DNA of 54,731 nucleotides from the NCBI GenBank assembly GCA_001179505.1, contig CDMY01000544.1, positions 1-54,731 on the forward strand. Direction: 5' to 3'. Positions 9,625 to 20,555 of this stretch are shown one piece after another. The DNA is from Vitrella brassicaformis CCMP3155. Lineage: Eukaryota; Protista; Chromerida. Numbering within the stretch: the first letter of the stretch is position 1; every line of letters begins with the position of its first letter. A program made the translations under genes and the position numbers. Below the pieces are notes generated by a model, which saw only the letters and a program-made list of their open reading frames with translations, ran no database searches and was not told the origin of the DNA.

Positions 9625-12155
9625 ATGAACCCCAGCTGGCGGTGGTGTTGCAGATCTGCGAGAAGTTCAACAATGCGGACATTCCCTCGATCACCCAGGC
9701 TGACCAGACTCATCCCTCGGAGACGTCCGTTGCCTCGTCGCATCTCGACCAAGCCTCATCCAAGAATCCATCGCCAGCCTCGCTATCTCTGTCTGGCTCT
9801 CGGCTCACCGTTCGTCATCTTGCTGCCATCAGGGAGGAGATTTGAGCCCATTCCCAGGAGATCACCGGCCAAATGCGAGTCTGCAGCAGCTGCTGTGGTG
9901 ATCGATGCATCGAGCCTGCTGGACGAGGAGCGGCGTCTATTGGGTTTATGGGAGGACGTGTGGTACGCGTTGCGGCTGGTGGTCAAGGCGGTGCAGATGG
10001 CGTGTCTGGCGTCGCCGCTGGTGGTGCTGGTGCCGCTGGCCCGGCTGTCTGTGTGGGTGGAGGATGTGTCGTGGCGGTACGTGTACTGGGCGGTGGAGCG
10101 GTGCGGCCCGTGCTACATCAAGTTCATGCAGTGGGCCGCCACACGGCCTGACCTCTTCCCTGCCGACATCTGCCAGAGATGCGCTCGGTGAGATGACAGC
10201 TGGGAAAAGAGGAAGACACACACATGCATCCGTGTGTGTGTGTGTGTGTGTATATGTGTGTGCGTCAGGTTTCACTGTTCGGTGGCGCCTCACTCGTTGC
10301 GTGCGACCGAGTATGTGCTGACCCATGCCTTTGGACCCTCATGGCGGGAATCCCTCGAAATCGTCGACAAAGAGTCAGCGAGCGAGATGATGATGAACAC
10401 GAGCAGACAAATGGAGGAATGACACTGCGTTGTGTGTTTGCCCAGGCCGATCGGCTCAGGGTGTGTCGCGCAAGTGAGTCGACACTCGTCAGCGCGCTTT
10501 AAGCCACTCTGCTGCTGACTGTGACGACGTGTGTGTGGTGGTGTTTGGTGGGTGTGTGTGTGTTAGTAGGTGTACCGAGGTCGTCTGCGGCAGCAGCACT
10601 CGAGTGACAGTGGCAGTGACGGGTGGGTCGACGTGGCCGTCAAGGTGGCGCACCCGGGGATCGCAGAGCGGATACAACTCGGTGAGAGGGAGGCCATTGA
10701 CATCGGACGTCGGATGGATGGATGGATGGCTGTGGGTGGTGCGTGATGGTCAGATCTGCAGCTGATGCGTGCGGGTGCGTCCCTGCTGGAGGTCTTCCCG
10801 AGCATCCGATGGCTCGCACTCAGAGACAGGTTTACACCCACACACCCACACCCACACCCACACCCACACCCATGGTTCAGCCTTCCTGTCTGTCTGTCTG
10901 TCTGTCGTGCAGTGTGGAGCAGTTTGCGTCGGTGATGAGTCGGCAGGCCGACCTGAGCGAGGAGGCCGAGCACATCACACGATTCAGACAGCTCTTTCCA
11001 CAAAGCTCACACGACAGAGGTGCTCACAACACACACCTGCACACACATCGTCACTTCTGCATCTGTGTGTGTGCGCGCGTGTGTGTGTTGGCATTGGTAA
11101 GACACTGTGGTGTTCCCCGAGGTGGTTGACGGCCGTTGGGTCCACCCGGAGGTGCTCGTCGAGCGGTTCGAGGACGGCACACGCATCGGCGAGTGGATCG
11201 ATCAACAGAACCAACACGACGACACTGCCGTCCGTAGAAGAACCACACACACCCACGCCCCTTATCTATGAAGCCCTCATCTCTCTCTCTCTCTCTGTTT
11301 CTTGCGCATGATGCAGTTGAGGAAACGAGTAGCCAACCTGGGCATATCAGCTTTCCTCAAGGTGAGTGACATCACTCACTCACACCACCGCCCCAATTCT
11401 CTCTCCCCCATGCATCCACACGTGCCTATCGATGGATCAGATGTTGTTCATCGACAACTTCGTCCACGCCGACCTGCACCCCGGCAACCTCCTCATCCGC
11501 ATCGAAGACCGGCCAGACGGCAAGTCGCCGCCCAGGATAGTGCTGGTCTTCCTCGACTGCGGCCTCGTCACGGAGCTGCAGCCGCGGGACCGACGCAACT
11601 TCGTGTCGCTCTTCAGAGCACTCGCCAAGGGCGACGGGCAGCTGGCCGGTCAGACTGGTGGAGAGAGAGGAGAGAGAGGGGTGAGAGGCAGATGTGGATG
11701 TGCTCTGTGCGCGCGCGTGTGTGTGTGGGTGGGTGGGTTATGCCAGGTCGGCTGATACTGCGTGAGGCGAAGCAGCAGCGGTGCCCCGACCCACAGGCCT
11801 TCGTCGACGAAGTCGACACACTCCTTAACACTTTCCTCAAGGTGCGCAAACCACTGTCCGTCCACCTCCCCCACTCGCCACCGTCACTCTCCCTCTGTGT
11901 GTGTGGTGCGTGTTATACTGTCTGCAGCAAGGTGTGCAGCTGAGCCAGGTCCGTGCGGGCGAGATCCTCTCCCGGCTGCTGACTTTGGCCTCCCGCCACC
12001 GTGTGCAGCTGGAGGGCAACTTCGTGTCTGTGTGTCTGGCGGTGATGATCCTGGAGGGGCTGGGGCGGCAGCTGGATCCGCACATCGACCTGCTCAAGGC
12101 CGCTGCGCCGTACGTCATGAGAGCTGCACTCACACTGGGCATCAGGGACCAATAA
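9625..12155 (+). CDS. ADCK2: ABC1/UbiB atypical kinase, ADCK2/Cqd1-like, probably mitochondrial
   Basis: Motifs are CGPCYIKFMQWAATRPDLF, VYRG..VAVKVAHP, DLSEEA, VHADLHPGN, FLDCGL and LEGNF..ILEGLGRQLDP. The N-terminus is Arg-rich and acid-free (start 9625 or 9673). Confidence 0.92.
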
Positions 12156-12396
12156 ACCTGCAGTAGGACGTGGGTACCATCTCATTTCGTGGTCGGCTTG
12201 AAAGGCTTAGTGTTGTTGGAAAGAATGGACTGCAACGGGAGGTGCGTGGTGCTCGTCAGTCTGTCTCGGGGTGAACAAGTCACAAAGGGGTGAGTCAAGT
12301 TGAACTTGACGAGTTAGAGCCATCCGCGTAGCTAAACCGAAAAGTTATTCCTGCAAGCGGAGTGCTCACTCTCTTTCCCCCCGAGATCTGACCATC

Positions 12397-14523
12397 ATGT
12401 CTGGCTACTATCAACAGTTCAACACCAACTATCCCTACGACGATGGTCATGGTGGTCCGTCCTCATCCAACCACCAAAACCATCAGCACCCCAACAGCCA
12501 TCCCCAGCACCCACAGCAGCAGCCAGGTGGCAACCATGGTGGCCAGCCAGACCCCAACACAGCGCCTGACGGCGCTTCGCGTCCCCCTCTCCCTCCTGGC
12601 GAGCTGGTCTACCTGGGTGAAGGACTGCACGCACAGGCACCCAAGCCGGAGAAGCATCAGAGCCTCATGCGAGCCAACCAGGCGGTGCAGAGACCAAACA
12701 GCGCCAGACCGATGTGAGCAGGGGAGGGAGAGGAGGGTGCATGTGTTAGAAGCACCAAGCATGGTTGTCTGCCTGTCTGTGTATGCGTTGTTAGTTTGGG
12801 CACTGGTGGGACGACTGGCGGCTCGTCAGCTGCCGGATGGCCCAACTCGGAGCCGACGACACAGCGAGGTACGCAGCGAACAAGGGCCAACACGCGCTGC
12901 ATCACCCTACGTGGGTCTGTGCCTTGTGCGTACGCCTCCCTGGTGCATGCAGAGAAGTCTGCTGCCCAAGCTGCTGCGGCCGAAGCCCGCCAATACAGTA
13001 GGGGGACGCTCACGCATCGATCGACACACCACCCGCACGTGGATGCATTCTGTACCCTCCTGCCTCCCTCCCTGTCTGCTTATGTGTATGTGTGCAGCCA
13101 TGAAGGACGCTCGGTTGGCAATGCAGAAACGCGCCAAGGAGAAGAGGGAGCAGGAGATCGCCGAGTTCAGACGCAAGCAGGAAGAGGAGAACCGCAAATG
13201 GTGCGCCACGGGAAGCAAATCTTCATAGCATGTCTGTCACGTTGTGGTGCTTTCCTTCTCGTGCGTCTCTTGTGCATTAGGCGTGAAATGGAGCCTCTCT
13301 GTCGTGCCAAGTCTGACGCTGTCAAAGGAGAGGTGAGGCAGAGAACAAAATTCTTGAAACTACCGGCCGTTCGATTGCTGCGTCATGTTTGTGTCCGTTT
13401 GTGGTCAGGTCCGTGACATGTGGAGCAGTCGCCCTGACCCTCCCCCTGGCCCGCCTGCCCCTCCTGTGCCGACGAACGATCAACGTAGGCACAGAAAGCC
13501 CTACACATCTCACACAGAAGCGAAACCATCAGAGGTCCATCCATCGATGTTTCCTCTTCGCCATGCAGTGCTGAGGGCGGCCCGGCAGAGAGAGAGGGAC
13601 CGACGTGAGGCTGAGATGGAGCAAGAGCGACGGAAGCGAGAAGAGGACAACCGACTCTGGTGCGTGCCCTGCCGCGGCTCTGTCCTACTCATCTCATGTT
13701 CGGCTGCTTACCGTGCTGCGTTGCTTTGGTGTGAGGCAGGCAAGCGCAGGAGAGGGACAGAGCTGCCATCCGTGCCGCTAACTCGGCCGTTGTCAGAGGA
13801 GAGGTCAGACAACACACAAACAGGCAACATAGGAGCTCATCGGCGCCCATTTGTTTACTGTGGTCTGTCTGTCAGGTGCGTGACGCATGGAGCAGCCGCC
13901 ACTCGCCACCCCCACCTGCCCACCCTCATGTCAACATGAATGCACCGCCCGCTCCATTTCTGTACCAGCAGCCGTCACCTCTGCGCCGCAACAATCAGGT
14001 GAAAACGAATGGGGGTAACAGAGAGTTTGTGATGGGAAACTCGCGTGTGTGTGTGTGTGTGTGGTTCAGAATGGCCGCGAGCCTGAGCCAGAGGACGGGC
14101 AGGCAAACGGCGGATACAGTGTCACCTACAACAACACGGATGAAGACCAGCTGCAGGCCTGGCTCAATGCCAACAACCTGGGTGCGTATTCCGCTGAGAT
14201 GCTCATGGAGCTCGGCTTCAACCTGCCTGTAAGTCGGTGAGAGAGAGCGAGAAGGAGACAAAGAACAGTGGCTGAGTGTTTGCCTGCAGGTTCTCCTGGA
14301 GATTGCTCGTGCCCTCCCTGCCGATGAGATCGACGAGATGCTCGACGAGATGCTCCTCCAATACTACGACATATTCGGTACCAACGGCCCTAATGGCGAC
14401 ACGCACCGCTCACTCATTGTGCTTGATCGCTGTGTGAGTGCAGAGCGCGACTTTGGCACATTCCGTGAGGCGATTCGCCTGGCCCTGCTCACAGGCCACC
14501 CCTATGAACCGCCCAACCAGTAG
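12397..14523 (+). CDS. Hypothetical protein: Q/H/P-rich N-terminus, duplicated coiled-coil/Pro module, C-terminal SAM-like domain
   Basis: About 10 GT-AG exons. LQAWLNANNLGAYSAEMLMELGFNLPVLLEI resembles a SAM fold start. Confidence 0.65.
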
Positions 14524-15069
14524 TGCACCACTCGAGGAGGGAGGGGGGGAGGGATGTGTGTGCGTCTGGTGTGCCTGTGTGTTCTCGCTGTGTTGGGTTT
14601 TGTGTGACGAGAGCGCTTTGGGAGAGGGAGCGAGCGCATCTTTCGTAAGTAAATGACAGTTTTTTCGCCGTGCGCTAGGTCGGTCAGGCGCAGAGAACTA
14701 AGTCAGACCTGTGTGTGTGTGTGTCCTGACGTTGCCTGTGTTGGCCTGCCTGGGTGTGTCCATGTACACGTAGATGTCGTCATGTTTATGTGGTGTTGAC
14801 ATGGCCCCTCGCGTGTCCCTTTGTGTGTGTGTCTGCGTGTTTGTGTGAGTGGATGGATTGGCAGGACAGAAACTGAATGGGCTGAGTGTAATCGTGGCTC
14901 AACGCATACAGTTTTGGACACGATTTGGATGAATCGATGGCTTCCATGAAAGAGCCGCGATCCAAGCTCGCATCTCCCAGGTCGCCAGCGACAGATCTGA
15001 CGTACTGGGCAGCTTGAGGCTGAGATCCAAGCAGCTGCGATCGAAATCCATTGATTTTTTGATTAAGCG

Positions 15070-17583
15070 ATGAACGAGAAGCACTTCGAGCTGATAGAAG
15101 GCCTCGTTGGCAAGAGATACGCCGACCAGGCACTGCAGGTGGGTGACGCACACCAAGGCAACGGGGCCGCCGACCCATGACGATCTGTGATGCTGATCTT
15201 CTGGCTCGTTCACTCATTCACCAGGCCAGGAGGTCGCGAGCGAAGCTACTGAGCGTGTAAGCGGAAGGATACAGATCGGCCCGTTGTCGCGATGACGATG
15301 TGTTTGGTGCGTGTGTGCAGGTTGCTGACTCATCGGAAGCTGCCATCAGAGGGCTGGGATGACCTCACCGTACAAGCACTCATACACGAGATCGCTGCCA
15401 TGGACAGGTGCCACCGCTCACACGCTTTGTGGCCGTCACGTCTGTGTGTGTTTGTGTGTGTGTGGTGCGTGCGTGTGGATCAGCAACAATTTTCTTGGCA
15501 ATGTCGGCGTGGGTGAGAGGGAGGGCCGCGTGTACTCGTCGCTGGTCAAGCAAAGGCACTTCTACCTCACACACGGGATCGGCAGGTCAACTCACACTCA
15601 GCCACACCAAGATACAAGCAGCCGAGTGTTTGTGGTGTGCACACATCCGCCTGTCTGTGTGCGTGTGTCTGTGCAGGTCGGGCAACATAATGGATCTGCA
15701 GCCCAAGGCGGCCGGGTCGTCCTTGATCAACCAGCTGACCACACAGCTGGCACTCGACGCCATCCAGCAGGCCGGCATCAAGGCATGGAAACCACAGACA
15801 CGCACGCACACACACAACGCCCATTCATACAAAATGTGTTTGTGTATCAGGCGGCCCGTTCGTGTGTGGTGATGCCTCTGGCGACCGGCATGGCGCTGAC
15901 GATGTGCTACCTGACGCTGAGGCACTCCGGGCCGCCTACTGCGAGATATGTCGTGTGGTCGCGCATCGACCAGAAGGCGTGCTTTAAGGCCATCATCACC
16001 GCTGGTCAGTGAGCGAGTTGTCCTTGACGACGTCTGCGTGACCATACGTCTGTGTGTACCATATGGCCGCGTGTGTGTGTAGGTTTTGAGCCGCTGGTGG
16101 TGCCACTGATGCGTGACGGCGATGCACTGTGCACCGATGTGCCGGCAATCGAAGGTGGGCATCTAGACATGCCGCATGAATGGTTTGGTTGTGTGATCCG
16201 TCCGTCTGTGCGCATCTGTCAGCTGCGATAGCTCGTGTGGGCGCCGACAGTGTGCTGTGTGTGTCGACCACCACATCAACATTTGCACCAAGGGTGCCCG
16301 ACAGCGTCGACCAAGTCGCGCAGGTCAGTCAGGATACAACCCTCCCTCTCTGTCTGTGCACGTGTATCTGTTTCTTTGCGATGCAGTTGTGCAGTCGTGT
16401 GGGCGTGCCGCACATCGTCAACAATGCCTATGGGCTGCAGTGCTCCAAGTGCTGCCACCTGGTGGAGACGGCCATCCGCACCGGCAGGGTCGACGCATTC
16501 GTCCAGTCGACGGACAAAAACTTCATGGTCCCCGTCGGTATGCAAACCACGCCACTGCAGATGGTCGATATGACTGCCTGCCTGTCTGCATTCTGTCCAC
16601 TGCAGGTGGCTCCATTGTGGCGAGTGGCGACACCAAGTAATTCATCACTCCCGGCACACCACTGGATCGTTCCCATGTGTCTTCCTGTCTGTCTGATGTA
16701 GATTTATCGATTCGTTGTCGCAGCTGTATGCCGGCCGAGCGTCGATGAGTCCCACTTTGGACTTGTTCATGACGCTGCTGTCTATGGGGGCCGACGGCTG
16801 GCGGCGACTGAGGGACAGCCGGAAGGAGCTGGCCGTGTGGTTCAAACAAGAGATGGACACACTCGCACACAAACACGGTGAGGGAGGGAGGGAGGGAGGG
16901 GTCCGTCCATGTGAGCATCTGTGTGTTTATGTGTGTGTCAGGTTGCCGCATGCTCGACTGTCCGGCCAACAAGATCTCATTCGTCATGGACATCACGGCA
17001 CTCAAGCACGGCACGACCAGAGGTGGATCAACAAATGGCCCCACTGCTGCTGAAGATGGTGGTGTCGACAGCAATGGCCGATCGCTGACCTCACTCGGCT
17101 CCATGCTCTTCACACACAGGCACGTACGCTTGATGCCAACCAGCAACGCACACCTCTGCTGGGTGTGAATGCATCTGTGTGTGTGTGCAGGTGCAGCGGT
17201 CCCCGTGTGGTGCTCGCTGAGGCCCACCCCCCCACACGCGTCAAGGCCAAGCTCATCGACGGCAGCCATGACGACAACAACACATCAGCATCGGCCAGCG
17301 CTGCAGAGAACAGCGGCGGCGGTGAGAGTGATGACGGCCGTCGCCATGTGAAGGTGTTGAGTGGCCACCGGTTCGCCAACTACGGCGCCCACAGTGACGA
17401 CTATCCATTCGCCTACCTCACTGTCGCATGTGCCATTGGTAGGCCAGCGCAGAACGATGGATGGGTGGCTGGCTGCTTGTGTCAACTCACATGGTGTGTG
17501 TGTGCGTGTGTGTAGGGGCGACAAAAGATGAGTTGCAAGTGTTTCTGAAGCGACTTGACGAGACGCTGACAGACTTCAAATGA
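15070..17583 (+). CDS. SEPSECS: O-phosphoseryl-tRNA(Sec) selenium transferase
   Basis: Motifs are KLPSEGWDD, SNNFLGNVGVGEREGRVYS, HGIGRSG..QPKAAGSS, VMPLATGMAL, WSRIDQKACFKAI, HIVNNAYGLQ, DAFVQSTDKNFMVPVG, LYAGRAS and YLTVACAIG. Confidence 0.97.
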
Positions 17584-18173
17584 CTGATATGCATGCGACG
17601 CATCCGTCGCAGAATTCATTTTGATCGCGATGTCGTTAAAGTTCACGTCCGATTTCGCGATGCGTGTGGTCACTACTGCAAGCTTGGCTCAAAACGCGGC
17701 CTGGGACGAGCGCGACAATACGGCTGTTTTGGAACTTTTTTCTTTTTTGAAGCCGTGTGTCGCAAAGCTCGCAGCGGCCAAGGGAACGAGCCTTCATTCT
17801 CTCGCCACGTACCCCTTGACGAGGCTTGTGACAAGTCGTGAGTGTGCTTAAAGGTGCCCCAGACCCCCTCATGTCCAAGAATTCGGACGGCGAATTCAAT
17901 TTGGATCGAGTGAGGATTGAATTGCTGAATTTCTGAAACCTGGCAAATTCGTTTTGCGATTTTAGCCCATGACTGTCTCCACATCGTCACCATCCACCTA
18001 TCAAGTGAAAGAAACAAGCGAAAGAAAGGCGCAAAAGGCTCATCGAGGGTGGGGGCTTGAGCTCGCACAGCAGCCCTGAAAGGGCTGGTGGAGCTCAGAA
18101 AAGGAACCGACATACCACAAACATCGCTGATTGGCATCGGTACGCACCGACGTACGCAGATCTGCTTCAAGCT

Positions 18174-19757
18174 ATGCTCTCAATGCGTTCCTTCGCCTTA
18201 GGTCTTCACCCTCTCATCTTCTGTCGACTGCCTACAATGCTGCTGTGGCTTGTGGCCTTCCACTCGGCTGCCTCTCTCCACAAGAGCGCCTTTCTGGCGC
18301 CTCAGCTGCAGCGCCCGGTCGGCTTCCTGCGGCGCCATCGCCCTCGGGCCTCGACACGTCGCTTCGCGTTGGTAGGTGGCAAGGGCGGGCGCCTGTGTGG
18401 GATCTGTGTGTCATGATCATGTTGACAGAACTACACGCGTGTTTATACACAGGAGCCCTCTCCCGAGCAGATAGGTGACAGAGCGTAAGGATGTGCTGTG
18501 CTGCATGGGGTGTGTGTGTGTTCACATACGGTGTGTGTGCTTCCGTGTGCAGAGATCGCGAACCCCTTCAAGGTGTGGGATTTAGCGCGTGGTCGGTACT
18601 TTGCACTTTGCGACCTCGATATCGACGCTACGGAGAATGCCACACACGCAAAGGCGATGGCCGCAGCAGAGCAGCAAGTGGCTGCTGCTACTCTGGACCT
18701 CACACAGCGCCTTCGCGGAAATGGTACGCACGTGAGAGCAGATGCAGCCGGCAGGCACGGCGCGCGTGCATGAAAGTGTGTGTGCAGACACGCTGTGTTG
18801 GCACCTGGTGAGTGTGTACTGGGCTAAAATCGGTGACTGCTATCGCGGAAACAAGTACAGCCTTGAACAGCTGAAGCAGAATCCCCACGACGATGACGCC
18901 AGCACAGTGGCCACGGTCCTCAATATTATGGCAGTCTTGTTCGAAGCGCGGCGGAACTTCATCTTGTCGATACTGGCAGATCGGCAGCACGAGATTGACC
19001 CATCTGGTGAGCGGCGAGACAGAGGAAGGAGGGAGGGAGGGAGCGTGGGGGGTCGATGGGGGCTGCGTGCATGCAGGCTTGACCACCATTGAGATGCTCA
19101 ACCAGGCTGAGAGAGAGCTGGAACAAGGGGCCGCTGACACTAAGAAGAAGCCTCAGTCCATCGCGGACGACGCTCAGGACCCATTCAGCCACATGCGCAG
19201 CTTCTGGGACAAGCAAAGCCAGTATCACGCTTGGCTGAAGATCTTCTACAGCTACACCGACTCGCCCAATGCAAGTACGCGCCAACTCAGGCAGCCCGGA
19301 GACCTGACACACACAGACGTACACACAGAGACGCTCCTTTTGCCGTTATCGCTTTCTCTCGTTCTGTCTTTTTTCAGCGATGGACGTGCTCGTCAAGGAG
19401 AAGGAGATGGCGCAAGAGGTGGCTGCGATGGCCACGGCAGCCGAGTTTGACGACCGTGTGAACAACGTCAAGCAGCTGCGCGCTCGCACAACACTCGAGG
19501 TGCTCATGCAGAGAGCGGGCCAGGACTTGCCCGTGACGCGCGGCATTGGGGGTCGTGCCTCTGCCCCCAGCCAGGAGGTGTTTGACCAACTCAACCGCAT
19601 CAAGACAGTCGCCGAGGAGCAACCCGGTGACCCGCACCAGGGAGTGGTCCAAGGGCTGGGCAAGGTGCAAGAGAAGGAGGCCGACAAGCGGATCATCGAG
19701 CGGGTGGAGGGCAAAAAGGAGGACGGTGGGGGCATCGAGGTGCAGGGCATCGAATGA
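18174..19757 (+). CDS. Uncharacterised protein with putative bipartite (signal + transit) plastid-targeting leader
   Basis: MLLWLVAFHSAASLHKSAFLAPQLQRPVGFLRRHRPRASTRRFAL is followed by about 5 helical exons ending ..IEVQGIE. The start is 18174 or 18237. Confidence 0.7.
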
Positions 19758-20555
19758 CCAGCAAGAGGACGGATGACCATGATTGATGCTATGTGTGCTG
19801 GGATACATTAGCTACTCGTAGACAGCCAGGCGGCTTTGTAAGTTCCGTAAGCATGTAGGTGGCGGGACAGCTGATATGTAGGTCGATCAGAGAGAGATAC
19901 AGACAGGCTGAGGTAGAGTGTTCTGCGTCGTCAGTGTGTTTTTCAGTGTGAGCTCTAGACAGCCATTGCTGCCTGTGTGTGCGTGCCGACAAAAGGGTCT
20001 GGTGCGTGCGACCGGGCGAATGACGTCAGGTGGGTAGCAAGCAACCTTGAATGAATGAACGGGACGCAGACAATCAGACAGACAGGTCTTTTGGTGTGTG
20101 GTGTGCGAAGTGACAAAAGGAGTTCGCGCTTCTGTGTGTGTATGTGTGTGCGAGAGTGGACGTCTTTGTGTGTGCGCCTTCATCGATTAAGTGATTGCAA
20201 ACACCTAAAGAAGGCAACGATCACACATGGACGAAGGCCGCCGATTTCCGTTGGCACTTGGCGATGTACAAAAGATAGGCGGCATGTACACGGTCTCTCT
20301 GTCATGCCTGTGTCTGTGTCTGTCTCGCTGTCTTGCCGCCCTTCAACTGAGTCGGCGTTTGCAACGAGGGTTCGTCACAAAATTACTGAAACTCTCGTGG
20401 TCCCTGAAATTGTTGTGCTGCGTTTAACGACTGTTCGAGTTGACCAGCTCAATGTCTCTGTGCGTGCATTGGCCATCCATCTCATTCGATGTTTTTTCAT
20501 CCACTGGCAGGTGACAACTCATCCGCTCTGTAGCCATGCAGCTAATGTCTCGCTT

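Noticed and set aside
14899-15060. Small minus-strand gene head-to-head with SepSecS
   Set aside because: No recognisable homology, and nearby intron-type GT tracts are on the + strand.
17620-18170. Microsatellite-free segment as a transposon remnant or minus-strand 165-aa gene
   Set aside because: No TIR, TSD, transposase motif or convincing splice pattern.
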